Positions 1 to 12,931 of a DNA stretch of 64,000 nt are shown in pieces (the first letter of the stretch is position 1; each line of letters starts with the position of its first letter). The notes under the pieces were generated by a model. The model worked only from the letters and a program-made list of their open reading frames with translations, did not search any database and had not been told where the DNA came from. Where the stretch lies: positions 124,001 to 188,000 of the forward strand of contig NIVC01000749.1 of assembly GCA_002269645.1 (NCBI GenBank). Direction: 5' to 3'. This stretch comes from Macrostomum lignano. Lineage: Eukaryota. The translations under genes were made by a program, and so were the position numbers.

Positions 1-1009
1 AAGGAAAAGCATTAGCAACTGCAGGCAAAGAGTACTTCAGCTCTCTAAGGCTTGATGAAATTCGAACTGCCTAATAGTCGAAGCCGGTTTATAAATAAAT
101 GTGTATGCATAATGCATATAAGATTTCTATATTTGCCATTTTTTCCTGTCACTTATCTGAGCTGTAGAGAATGGGAAGTTTCATCCCTCTCCTCCTCTAT
201 CTACCTTTTTGTCGTTAGCTAATTACTTCTGACTATGTGAGATCTAGAACAGACATTTGTAAAAAAAAAGCAGAACCGCATGCTGTACTATTGTACTAAC
301 ATTTACAGTACTTACGCTAACAACGCTTAAATGGGTTTAAACAAAGTTTTACAATCTTTTTGCATTAAAAAAATCCTTTTGATTAGTCCTATTTAATTCA
401 AAGCGCACAATAAATTATGACTCAAAGTTTGTATAGTTAATTTTTAACTTCCGATAGTTCGGTGCGATTAAATCTGAGCTCTTTTAACTCTCATAATGCG
501 CTCGCATCTGTTTACACGGCTGATAGTGAGATAAATCGGTTTGTGTTTTTTTCAGAAGTCATAACATCAAAGTTAGTCGCGATAGCCACTCACGTCTAGC
601 AACAAAAAATCTTGCGCGAGCGTTAACACTGCAGTTGTACATCTAGCTACGTCTTATGAGTACGTAGAACTATGTATTAGCAGTTTATTGCTAATTTTTT
701 TACAAGCTGTTACCAATTCTATTTGGTAAGTGCGTCTGAGAGAGCCAAGGACTACTGAAGTTTTTTTCATTTTTTCATTTTTCAGCACAAAAAGTTGTTA
801 CTGCTTTCGATAGAAAGGACACTCAGTGTTAATCTTCTGATATGTCTTGCCTTGGTTCTTCTTGACATTCAAAAAGCTTTTCGTTTAGAAAATAAGGATT
901 CTATGGTAATTTTTTATATTGTACCATGACCTTTGTGCCCGCTGGGCACTTATTCTTGCCTTTTAATGCCATAGACTACATTTAAGCCGCTTGCAGGACT
1001 TTAATGCTT

Positions 1010-1775
1010 TAAACCAAAGAGTATTGAGGTCGCCTAGTATAGAGTGCCAATAAGGATGAAAATCTGAAGCCGATTTTTAGAATCCACCCACCCCCTCCGG
1101 TCACCAAGCTGTTTAGTTTATGGCACAAGTTGTGGCTAGAATGGTGTACAAAGCCGATGCTCAGAAATATAAGACATTTCACACTTAGAAAATGCATGTA
1201 TCAAATAAGCAAGACAATATCACTCAGTCACCAGACTCAGTTGCCGTCGTCGATACACAACTCCGTAACAGCCATGCCATATAGCCCTTACGTCTGAACA
1301 ACAACAGCCATGCCACTAAAGTGCACGGTAGCTAATTGCAATAAACTGCGTTTCTGATGCATCTGTATCCTTCTTTTCGTCTGCCTTTCAAGGACCTTCA
1401 CTCTGCCTGTTTATGACTTATGTTTTTGTCTTTCCGACTCTGCTGCAAGAATCCTGCTCAACTTCTTTTCTCCTTACACAATGCAATCAATGTACGTATG
1501 GTTACAGTATAGATACAGAAATAAAGTCTTGAGGACGTTTTAAGCATACATGGTATTCGTCCAGCTACATTAGCTACTTGTATTTTTCTCATGCACTCTA
1601 AGCATATTTCTGAGCATCGGCTTTGTACACCATTCTATCTGGATAGCCACAACTTGTGCCATAGACTAAAAAGCTTGGTGACCGGAGGGGCAGGGTGGAT
1701 TCTAAAAATCGGCTTCAGATTTTCATCCTTATTGGCACTCTATACTAGGCGACCTCAATACTCTTTGCTTTAAAC
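1010..1775. repeat. Inverted repeat pair (about 1010-1197 and 1590-1775) with ~390-bp spacer; MITE/foldback-like remnant
   Basis: ORFs 1009..1197(-) and 1591..1773(+) translate to nearly the same peptide (SHNLCH..LVTGG.GWILKIGFRFSSLLALYTRRPQYSL) because the arms are reverse complements. Confidence 0.8.
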
Positions 1776-2974
1776 TTAATTTAATGCAAATTAGCGGGCA
1801 GTTATTGACATTTAACGCCCGATTATTCTGTCCCACTTTGTCAAGGACACAAATGTCTATGGCACAATAGTACATTAATACCCATGCTTTAAGGGCGTTA
1901 ATGGGAAAATCAGAGGGCGCCATTAGGGCGCCTATTAATCTACTATTCTAACTACACGTCTTGTGCCTAAAAATCATAAAAATGGCCACTAGACTCTGTG
2001 ATTTCATGAACCTGTTTTATTATTTTGTCAATGAGCCAAGATGACCAAAATAGATACATAAAACCAATGAGTCGAGCTGTGCTACTTGAATGATTTTTAG
2101 ACACAGTACATTTACGATTGATCGTGGTCTGAAGCAAGCAAAATGCGTGCAAACTGCACGTGCGGTCTACGGCTTGAGAACGGCAGATTTTGTAGCCCCT
2201 TCGCTGCAGTGGGACAATTATTTCCTTAGCTTGGTTCAAGATCGGGAGGGAAGTGACAGAGAGAGATAGGTACAGGCAAATGCATGAGCTGAAGCAGTCA
2301 ATCAATTCCAAAACGTGCACCCACAAACCTCCATTCTAATCTCTACCTCACTCTCTACTGCTCTGAGAAGCACAAGCCTACAACCCCAGCAGTGGTCTCA
2401 CGTTGAAACCTCTCAGCCATCTGAGTGGCTATAGTTTTCTTTCCTGCTTGCTTTCGTTTGCTTTGAGAAGAAAATGAGTTATAGCCATATTTAAGGCTGT
2501 ACAGACAACTACAATTCTGAGAGAACGCACAGTAGAGGCGGTGATTTACAGACAGAACTATAGGACTCTTACATTGCAACTCTCACCACGCCTAAGATCT
2601 TCTGATTTGTTCAGATATTCGAGCCTGCGTATTCAACCACACAGAGTATAGTTTAATTTTTTTGTCTTTTCGCGTTTGTGCTCAAGGTTATAAGTATGTA
2701 CTTGCAGAAGTAGCTACTGCAATGCGTTCATTCCTCTGAAAGGTAAGGGCTACTAGCCATAGCGCTTGTTATCAACTGCATACACGCACATTTTGCTGTC
2801 TTACCCTCTATATATAGCCTTCCTTTGTGCCTTCATTTAATTAAACTTTTACCTGAAAATTTAAGCCGCCTAGCTAACAATGTTTCCTAAATATATTTAA
2901 TCCTATTGCTGGAAAAAATCTGCAGGTAAGTTAAATTATGATTTGATATCCAATGAAACTAGGCGTGTTCCTCT

Positions 2975-3894
<920 letters not shown>

Positions 3895-4076
3895 AAAAAT
3901 AAGTTTTGAATGCGTCTGACAACTACCATGCCCATAAAATCTAACGAGCAGCCGACGATATTCAATAGAAAATCTTTAATACGATTATTATTAGCTCGTA
4001 CTTGTACTACAATATGAAAACTATTGTGCTCACTGCTAGCTGCATTAACTACCTGGTAGTACGAGTATATTGCTTT

Positions 4077-4189
4077 GTTCACGTTACCGCCAGTAGCTCC
4101 GTGGGTCAAAGATTGCTCCAATCAATTTTTAAAAGACGGACCTGAACTGACTTCACATTGATTGCGGAGCTACTGGCGGTAACGTGAAC
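4077..4189. mobile_element. 113-bp MITE-like hairpin with perfect 25-bp inverted repeats
   Basis: GTTCACGTTACCGCCAGTAGCTCCG (4077-4101) is the exact reverse complement of 4165-4189; no TSD seen. Confidence 0.65.
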
Positions 4190-4549
4190 CGGATTCAAGC
4201 AGTTATTGCATGCACGTACATACACGATTTGAATTACGCACCAAATAGTATAGATTGAATTATATGCGCACATTGTGCCAATTGCCCTGTAACTTCAAAA
4301 TAGGCCAAAGCAGCTTTTTTCGATTCCACGTGCACCGGACTGCACGACACCCCCTTCCCTCCACCCCTAGAGCGCTGCTCTCGTTCGATCTGTCGCAACC
4401 CTTCTCTCCTCTGCACTGCTCGCAGGCCAAGTTGCAAATCTAAATTTTTGCCTTTCCTAGAATAACTGGCGTACAAACGCGTTTTCGGGGACTGCACGGC
4501 ACGGCACTGCACTGCACTGCATATAACTTAGCTAGCTACAAAAGTAGTA

Positions 4550-5317
4550 ATGTCCTCGGACGAGTTGGTTAAAAACAGTCAGAGCCGCGCTGTAGTCGAC
4601 CAGAGTACGCCTCTAAGCACATCTGACCGCACTGCTCTGCTTCGAACTCAAAATCGGCACAGCTACTACGGCAGTTGTCAGGGCGTTTCTGCCGCCAATT
4701 CTATTGCGGACTCCGAATTAGTAACCGCTCTGAAGATGGATCGTACAATCAGCGACGAAGATGGAATCGTTCCGGCTCCGTTGGAGACGCCAGCTGAGCA
4801 GGCACAGCTGGGACCGATGCCAACAAAGCCCCAGACTCGGCCTCAGCCAAAGAAAGCGACACTGCTGAGCCTTGCTGCGTCTCGAGGAAGCAAAACTTCA
4901 TCGGCAGCCTCGACTGGCAGCAGCGAAACCATCAAACTGGAAGACATCGTTCGAAAAGGCATCGACATTGCGCGCGAATTCAACGCCAGCGAGTTCACTG
5001 GCAGGCAGAACGTGATCAAGTTGGAGGTGTCGGACTATGCGCGTCGCCAGTCGATGATCGAATTCGACACGACGGCAGTTCGAATCGTTGGTGGTCGCGG
5101 AGGTGGCAACGGCGGCTATCAATCCGATCAGATGTCCATTCGATCGCCTGGCGAAGTGGTCATCGAGATGCCACCGATTCACTCGCTTGACGATGATCAA
5201 TCGGAGCCGTTTGGATGCAATTCGACGGGACTCGACGGTGCAGCTGGCCGATGGAGACTGCGACGGCAAAGAAACCACTCGGCCTCCAGTAAGGCACCTC
5301 TCATTTCAGATGTTTAG
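4550..5317 (+). CDS. Probable host coding exon or single-exon ORF, 255 aa, Ser/Ala-rich, function unknown
   Basis: Long ATG-initiated ORF in non-repetitive, GC-richer sequence; possible donor A|GTAAGG at 5289 just before the stop; no family motif recognised. Confidence 0.55.
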   Translation: MSSDELVKNSQSRAVVDQSTPLSTSDRTALLRTQNRHSYYGSCQGVSAANSIADSELVTALKMDRTISDEDGIVPAPLETPAEQAQLGPMPTKPQTRPQPKKATLLSLAASRGSKTSSAASTGSSETIKLEDIVRKGIDIAREFNASEFTGRQNVIKLEVSDYARRQSMIEFDTTAVRIVGGRGGGNGGYQSDQMSIRSPGEVVIEMPPIHSLDDDQSEPFGCNSTGLDGAAGRWRLRRQRNHSASSKAPLISDV

Positions 5318-5387
5318 CTAGCTACCTGCTGTTAAAGGACCTGTCAACTTAAGCTAATAGAGTGGAGCCAGAGTAACTTATGTACAC

Positions 5388-5680
5388 GGGGGCCGTAGCC
5401 CAGCGGTCTAGCGCAGGCTCTGGTGTGCCAGCGGCCCAGGCTCGATTCCAAGTGCAGTCACATTAATTTGGGGCTGAATTGGAATTTCGGCTTGACTCTA
5501 CTCGTGCAATTAACGGCCTTGAGAGCCAACCCCCCAAGGCGCAGTGAAGTGTACATGCCTAACGATAAAATAAAGTTAGGGCTCGCTGTACACTCCTGTG
5601 TGAGTGTGTGCCTGCGTACGTATCCGCGCGCTTGTATGCCTGCTCAGGGGAGTCGGGGGAATGGGCAGTAATGCCTCTCG
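5388..5680 (+). mobile_element. tRNA-derived SINE, family B copy 1
   Basis: tRNA-like head (GGGGCCGTAGCCCAGCGGTCTAG...GCTCGATTCC); body matches the reverse-complement copy at 61421-61630 (GTGAAGTGTACATGCCTAACGATAAA; GGAATGGGCAGTAATGCCTCTC). Confidence 0.75.
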
Positions 5681-6628
5681 CCGGTTGTGTGCCTATGTCG
5701 CTTAAAGTGCGCCAGGGTGCACACAACCTCCCTGCATTTTATATATATATATATATAACCTATGTACACAAATGATACGTCATTCTGCTCACAGTGACAC
5801 CAGAAAGCTGGGTTTGACAAAAAGTGACAAAAATTGGACCTGGGATAGAAGAGAACCAGCAAGGGGTCAATTATAGGGACTCCAACTTATGAGCTTAAGT
5901 CGACAGACCCTTTACAATATATTGCTCACAGTTCATGGAAAAAATAACCTACAATTGTACGGTGGGAAAACATTTAATACCCTCGTATAGGCTTATTGCG
6001 TTTTAAATGTTTGTGTTCTAAAAGTGCATTATTGTTTAGCTCGTATCTTTATCAGATCAACTCGATAAGTAGTATTTTGCATTCATTTATGGTAATGGAA
6101 TAATTATTATAATGAAATTACACCGGCTGTGAAGTGAAAATCTCTCATATATAAGCACTGCTTATTCTTTTTTGAAGAATTTTCTAATTGCGTTATTACG
6201 TCTACGTAATGTGTTCCGGCCGCGACCTTCTAATGTTTCTTTTGGACCGAATTCTTCGATCCCTTACTGAATTTGAATGCGTACTGCATGTTACTCAGCT
6301 ATATACTCGTATTCTGTTTATAATTTCTAACTTCAGTTTACTGTAAAATATGCACTTGCTGCTGGTATATGGGCTGACAATCATCGTAAATATTGATCGA
6401 ATGTGCGTATGCAACCATTATTTTTTCATCATTAGATTTACTGCAATAACTATTTGAAAAATCTGTAAACTGCGTTTGCATGTACTTATTTCTTCGTAGT
6501 TATTTGACACAGATGTTTTGATGCTGCATGAGGATTAGAAGATTGAGACTACAAGAAGAGATCTCTACACAAGTGCAGTATTACATGTAACTACTGGACC
6601 TTACTCGAGTACAGTGCTAGCTAGTTTA

Positions 6629-6890
6629 CTAGTGGTTAGAGCGTCAGGGGTTCGATTCCCGATCCCACTGGAACAATTTGTGTCCTTGATCAAGCAAGGC
6701 ATGCACTTAACTCCGCATGGCTTCAGTTCACCCAACTGTAAAATGGGTGCCAGCATTAGCTGGGGTAATTAAGGGTGTGTGGCGACTCCCAACTCCTTGG
6801 ACTGAACAGCCGTACCGCAGCCTTCAGATGCGCCGCGCAATAGCTGCGGCTGAGCTGACCCTCCAGAATCCGCCCCCTCAGCAAATTTGT
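6629..6890 (+). mobile_element. tRNA-derived SINE, family A copy 1 (5'-shortened), CORE-like central domain
   Basis: A-box/B-box-like TAGTGGTTAG and GGTTCGATTCC, then TGTGTCCTTG..CAAG and GTAAAATGGGTGCCAGC; homologous to 28267-28517. Confidence 0.8.
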
Positions 6891-7164
6891 GATTGCGCTA
6901 CTGCCTAAGACCTCTATATATAGAGTCACCATAATAGTATATCATGTAATCTAGGATTACATTAGCCCTCTTGCAACTATAGACGTATAGTGGCATAACT
7001 ACAGATGCGCACGTTAAATTCAACCAGTCTAGATCGAGGACAGCTTATCGTAAATTTACATGTACATCTAAAAATATTTGACTATGGCTATATAAAGCAA
7101 ACTAGTAAATTGACTAGATATAAAAGCTAACTATAGTAGACTAGGGAAAACAAAAATGGCCAAA

Positions 7165-7378
7165 TGAAGCGGCTTGCGAGTGGTAGCTAGGCATAGCAAG
7201 CGAGCAAAAATATCTTGTGTATATTTGCTTAAGCATAGTGATTTATACTTAACGAGAATAGGGAGGTGTGAGTCAGATCGAACTGGCTGGCTGGGCAAAA
7301 CCCCCCAGGAGCCAGGCGTGCAGGGGCCTGTGTACAGGCGGATCTCGCTCTCAGCCGTGCACCGGTCTGGCCGTCACA
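7165..7378 (-). repeat. 3' LTR of Gypsy element 1
   Basis: Matches 12004-12233 with substitutions and small indels. Confidence 0.93.
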
Positions 7379-7634
7379 GAGCTCCCCCCCCCCAAGGCCG
7401 CCGGGCTCGGACGGCACTGGTGGGGCGGCAGTCGGCGGCTAGGGAAAGCAGCAGTGCGTTGGGCCGCCAGCGGAATGTCGCCAGCTGAAGAGGCGGGGTC
7501 GGCGGCAGGGGACGGCTCAGCGGGCAGCCGTGGCGGGCGGCCTCTCGGTCGCAGAGCCGGCGTCGGGACAGGGTTGTCCGCGTCGATGACGGCTGGCTTC
7601 AGCCTTTCCACTGACACCCGGTCGCGTCGAGTGC

Positions 7635-9765
7635 TCAGGTGCTCAGGAAAGCTTTGGCGTCCCGCTCGAGGACCTTGAACAGGCCGTCGTAAGGTCGCTG
7701 CAGCTGGGGGCGGTGGCCGTCGCGCCGGATGAAAACGAACTGGCAGGCGTCGAGGGCGGCGGGCCAGGCGTTGGGGCGGCTGCCGTGACGGGACGTCGGC
7801 GTCGGCCGGAATGCCTCGACGGCACCGCGGAGCCGGGCGAGGCACTGGTCGTGGTCGCCGGCCGGCGGGCTGGGCTGCAGGCTCTCGCCGGGCACGCAGA
7901 GGGGTGCACCGAGAACCAGCTCGGCCGAAGATGCCGGCAGTTCCTCCTTGGGGGCCGTCCGGATGCCGAGCAGCACCCAGGGCAGCTCGCTGACCCAGGC
8001 TGGTCCGGCCAGTCGCGCCATGAGGGAGGCCTTCAGCTGCCGGTGGAAACGCTCGACCAGTCCGTTCGCCTGCGGATGGAAGGCCGTTTGTCCGGTGGAG
8101 CTGCATTCCGAGGAGCCGTGAGACGTTGGACCACAGCTGCGACGTAAACTGCGAGCCGCGGTTTGATGCGATGTCGCTCGGCACTCCGAACCTGGCGATC
8201 CACGATGAAGGCGGAGGTGCACGCGGCCGAGGAGGTGTCGGTCATCTGGATCGCCTCCGGCCACCGGGTGAAACGGTCCACGATGGTCAGCAGGTGCGTG
8301 AAGCCTTGCGAAGGCGGCAGCGGCCCCACTAGGTCGACATGCACGTGGGCGAAGCGCTGGTCCGGGACGCGGATGTTGCCAACTGGGGCGGTGACATGCC
8401 GCTGCACCTTGGCCGTCTGGCAAGCGACACAGGACCGAGCTGATGTTCTTTTTCATACCGGTCAACACGAAATTAGCGGCCACGAGGCGCCGCGAGCTGC
8501 GGAGGGACGGGTGGGCGAGTCCGGGGATGGCGTCGAAGACGGGGCGTCAGAAATTCGGCGGCACCAACGGGCGCGGCCGGCCCGTGGAGATGTCGCAGAG
8601 CAGGGCGACACCGGGGCTGAGCTGCAGCGGCTCAAGTTGGAGGCTGGCGCCGGCCTGACTGGCCGTTATTGGCTGCCTGCGCCATCGCCGCGAAATCCAC
8701 GTCGGGGAGCAGCCGGGGCTGCACCGAAGAGACCGTGCAGCGGGACAGCGCGTCTGCGACCGAGTGTTCCTTGCCCGCCACGTGCTGGATGTCCGTGGTG
8801 AACTCGGACACGTAGGCCAAGTGGCGCTGCTGCCTGGCGGACCACGGGTCAGACGTCTTGGACATGGCGGCGACCAGCGGCTTGTGGTCCGGGAAAGCGG
8901 TAAACGCGTGGCCCTCGAGAAAATAGCGAAAGTGCCGGACCGCCAGGTACAGGGCGAACAAAGCTACCAACCCGCTGCTCGAGCGCCGCGCCGACTGCGG
9001 TATCGGAGGCGTCGTATGGCCGCGGGTGCGCCAGCATGACAGCGGAGGCCAGCACCCGCTTCGCTCTGTCGAAAGCGGCGGTCAGCTCGGGCGTCCACCG
9101 GACGAACTTCTTCTTGCCGGCCATGGCCGCATGGATGGGGCGCAGCAGCTGAGCGGCACGGGGCACGAAGCGGTGGTAGAAATTCACCATGCCGGCGAAC
9201 TCCTGCAGGCCCTTGACGGTGGCTGGCCGTGCGAACATGGCGATGGCGTCGACTTTGGCGGGCAGCGGCACGGCTCCCTGGGCGCTGATCCGGTGGCCGA
9301 GGAAATCAATCTCGCTGCGGCCGAACTCGTACTTGGCCGGGTTGACGATAAGGCCGTTGTCGGCCAGGCGTTGGAAGAGCGTCCGCAGGTGCTCCAGGTG
9401 CTGCTGCGAGCTGTGACTAGCTACCAGGAAGTCGTCGATGTAGGCGAAGACGAAGTCCAGGTCTTGGCAGACGGAGTCCACCAGCCGCTGGAAAACCTGG
9501 GCGGCGTTATTATGGTCGAACGGCATTCGCAGGAACTCGAAGACGCCGAACGGGTGGTGACGGCGGTCTTGGGTACGTCAACTGCGGCCACAGGCACCTG
9601 GTGGTAGCCACTCACGAGATCGATCTTGGAGAAGACCGAGCAGCCGGCCAGGCGCGCTGAGAAGTCCTGGATGTGCGGCACCGGGTAGCGGTCGGGCACC
9701 GTGACGTCGTTGAGCCACCTGAAATCGCCGCAGGGCCGCCAGCCGCCGGAGGCTTTTGGCACCAT
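7635..9765 (-). pseudogene. Gypsy pol: RT, RNase H and integrase (multiple frameshifts)
   Basis: VPKASGGWRPCGDFRWLN, KIDLVSGYHQVP, FVFAYIDDFLVAS, DASDTAVGAALEQ, FTTDIQHVAGKEHSVADALSR, VHVDLVGPLPPSQGFTHLLTIVDRFTRWPEA, HPQANGLVERFHRQLK. Confidence 0.95.
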
Positions 9766-10567
9766 TACAATGCCATTGCCCCGACCCCTGCGCTCTCCGC
9801 CCCTCCTCTCCCTGCCACTGGTTTTTTCTGGCTTGCCCCCTCCGTCTAAAGCTGTCATTCATTTTATTTTTCTCATTTTCATTTACCCACATTTTCATTG
9901 GCTGGCGTATTTTCATCTCTCTCGCGTGGTCAGTCCAATCATGTGTCTCGCCGCGGAGGCACCTGATTGGCTAGCCTTCCCTTTCTTCTCTCTCGCCCTT
10001 CAACTCTGTGAGTTTTGCCCCCCCCACCCCAGCCCTGCGTGGCTAAGCCCACCCACCCCAGTCCCCTGCTCAGTGCTCACCCAGTGTGCCCTCCCTGCTC
10101 TCTCTCTACCACTACGAACTTTGTGCTTGCGAAACTACAGCATTGGTTGAGCAGAATTAGAATTAAATATTAGAGGCCACGCCTGCATGAGCGCGACAAG
10201 CGACCCCGCCCGGTAAGACAGTGTTCGCTTTCGTTAATTTGTCGCGTCTCCATTATCCATTCTCTCGCCACCGTCTTCCTTCGGGTCTGCGAAGTGTCTG
10301 TACGCCTTCAGACCCGTGCTCACCTCTGCTGCTCCTGAGTGGCTACGTGCTCACAGCCTCCTCATCTGCATCTCCCTCTCTCCGTGGGGCTGGCCGAGTG
10401 TCTTTACGCTCCCATCCTCTCCACTTCCACCTCGAAGTGTCCGTACGCCTCGGGGGTCGCCACTCTCTCGCCTATCCCACCCGGCAAGCTCTGGCTCTGG
10501 GCAGTCCAGTACCCGAACCCCTGATCACCCTGTCTGCGGTCCGCACGGACGGAAGCAGAAAATCCAA
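9765..10567 (+). mobile_element. ~800-bp non-coding insertion interrupting the Gypsy RT; probable LTR-end/PBS/leader fragment of another element
   Basis: RT reads ..WSSSLHM at ~10570 and resumes MVPKASGG at ~9764; CAT duplicated at both junctions; internal CTACAGCA-TTGGTTGAGC at ~10135-10152. Confidence 0.75.
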
Positions 10568-11990
10568 CATATGCAACGACGAGGACCAAAGCCTGTTGAA
10601 CCAGCGAACGATGCCGAGCTGCTCCAGGAGCCGGAACTCCTCCTTGGCCACCGCCAGCTTGTCCGGCGGCAGGCGGCGAGGGTGGGCATGGACCGGCGGG
10701 CACTGCGTCGGGATGTGGTGTTCGACCCCGTGTCGTAGCGCAGCCCGCTGGAAACTGGGCTCGGTGAGGGTGGGGAACTCGGCCAGCAGCTAGCTGTACG
10801 GGTCCGCAGCGGCGGCTGCGGCGAGCAGCAGTCCGGGCCCCGCGCCGTCCAGCAGGTGCACGCTGGCGAGCGAGCGGGCGTCCAGGAGGCGCCGGTGCGG
10901 CAGGTCCACCAGCAGGCCGCAGGAAGTCGGCGCCGATCAGCGGGCGGGAGACCTCGGCCAGAATGAACGGCCAGGAGCAGCGCCGGATGCCGAGGTTCAA
11001 TGTGAGCTTGCGGGTGCCGAAGGTGCGGATGAGGCTGCCGTTGGCTGCGAAGAGCGGCGGGCCTGGCGAGTGCAGGCGGGCGTCGGAACCGGCGACGAGG
11101 AAAATGCTGACCTCGGTGCCGGTGTCGACCAGGAAGCGCCGGCCCGTCTGGACATCCGGGATGAGGAGCAGGCTGCTGCTGTTGCCGGCCGTCGAGCTGT
11201 TCACTGACTGCCGGTCCGCCCGTTTTCCTGGAAGCTGCACGGAGGCTCGCTGCGGCGGGCCTTTACGCCGAAGCGACGGTGAAAAAAACGCAGGCCGTCG
11301 TCCGGGCGATGTTGCTGGGGCCGGCTCTGTCTGGCGCCCTTGCTGGCCGCAGAGACTGTCGGTTGGGCTTGCTGGGCCGGCTCTGCCGCCGGCTGCTGGA
11401 CGGAGGCTGCGACCAGCTGCGATCGGCTGGCCCAGAGCTTGTCCGCCTGCTGCGCTGCTGCCCCGGGGGCCCGCAAAAGACATGACATGACGGTTGTCAT
11501 GGCCGTACAGACTTCAAGTTTTATGAGTTTTTTAAGTTTCAAGTTTTTTACGTTTTTACGTTTTTTACGAACAGCTCCTCGAACAGCAGGCAGCAGCTGG
11601 TGGTTCCCCAGCAGGGCGAGCATCTCGTTCATTAGCTCAGACGGCCGCCGGTCGCCGAGGCCGGACATACTGAGCAGGCGGCTGGCCCGCTGCTGAGGAG
11701 CTAAACCGAAAGTGCACTGCTGAGGCGCTCCTTTAGCTGAGCGTACTTGTTCGCCTCTGGAGGAGCCTCGAGCACATCGAGGAGGCGCCCTGCTGTCTGC
11801 TGGTCCAGAGAGCTGCGACCAGATGGGCGTACTTGGTATCGTCATGAGTGATGCCTCTCAGGGTGAACTTCGGCCTGCTGTCTGGATGAACCATGCAGGC
11901 TCGGCTCGAGGCTGGGCCGAGCAAAACATGGGCAGCTTCAGGGACACCGCAGAGTCGGTTTGTGGGGCCATTCCACGAAATATCTGCGAA
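10568..11990 (-). pseudogene. Gypsy gag, aspartic protease and RT N-terminus (frameshifted)
   Basis: FTLRGITHDDTKYAHLVAAL and LLSMSGLGDRRPSELMNEMLALLG (gag); RRFLVDTGTEVSIF..AANGSLI..PLIGADFL (protease); RRLPPDKLAVAKEEF (RT start). Confidence 0.9.
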
Positions 11991-12003
11991 AGGGCTCAAC
12001 CAA

Positions 12004-12233
12004 TGAAGCGGCTTGCGAGTGGTAGCTGCATGCTAGGCATAGCAAGCGAGCAAAAATATTTTGCGTATATTTGCTTAAGCATAGTGATTTATACTTAACG
12101 AGAATAGGGAGGTGTGAGTCAGATCGAACTGGCTGGCTGGGCGAAACTCCCCCCGCAGCCAAGCGTGCAGGGGCCTGTGTACAGGTGGGCCCCGCTCTCA
12201 GCCGTGCATGCACCGGTCTGCATGGCCGCCACA
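12004..12233 (-). repeat. 5' LTR of Gypsy element 1
   Basis: Direct repeat of 7165-7378, followed on the minus strand by a TGG PBS-like site. Confidence 0.93.
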
Positions 12234-12931
12234 CCATAGAACAAAAAAATATTCATATGATTGCGTTATACACGACGGAGATTTCCGTTTGTCCATTTTC
12301 TAACTGAATGTGCTACAAGATCGAGCTCGATTGCGTGCATCGTGCATACATGTACATGTACATGTACACTCCTGTACATGTGCAGTGTCAAAAGTGCAGT
12401 GTCAAAAGTGCAGTGCAGCCTTGTAGTACATTAGCTATTCACTCACACAATGGTGAGGAGAAGAACTATGTTTATGGATCCAAAATATAGCACAACAGCC
12501 ACCCGTACAGTACACCAATCTGGGTTGGTCGTTAAAGAAATCGACGTCTATGACAAATATGTACACGTAGTACACATACTTTTCAATTTACATTTACATC
12601 GCGACGTCATACGTCGGTTAAACGCCAGTTTTATGTAGAAGTACGTCTGTCTGTCATACAAGTGTCGGAAACCTTTAGCGACGTCGCCAAATGTCGGATT
12701 GCTGTACGGACCTCATGCCAACATATGGGTAGCAGTTAAAAGGACCTTCTTAGTGAACGTCACTATGACAAAAAATTTTTCTTCACAGCTCAATGGTCAG
12801 TTTTGTGCTAAAAGGTAGCCTTAGACTTGTAACACAATGTTTTGCATTATTCCTAATCTATTGTTTTGGATTTTTTAACCGAGAAGGATCCTTTAACCTA
12901 ATGTCCGTTCAATGTCATGTCCGATAACGTC

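Larger units (their letters stand above)
7165..12233 (-). mobile_element. Ty3/Gypsy LTR retrotransposon, full-length but frameshifted, with a nested insertion in RT
   Basis: Direct LTRs 7165-7378 and 12004-12233 with TG...CA ends; TSD CCAAA/CCATA; G-rich PPT next to 7379; TTGGTTGAGC PBS-like site at ~11994-12003; order gag-PR-RT-RH-IN on the minus strand. Confidence 0.96.

Noticed and set aside
40-100. CTTGATGA..GTCGAAGCCGGTT followed by AATAAA, reminiscent of a Penelope-type minimal hammerhead ribozyme
   Set aside because: Both conserved boxes deviate (CTTGATGA, GAAG instead of GAAA) and no convincing stem I/II; at most a decayed relic.
7174-11845. Numerous plus-strand and alternative-frame ORFs over Gypsy element 1
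   Set aside because: Shadows of GC-rich, stop-poor gag-pol sequence.
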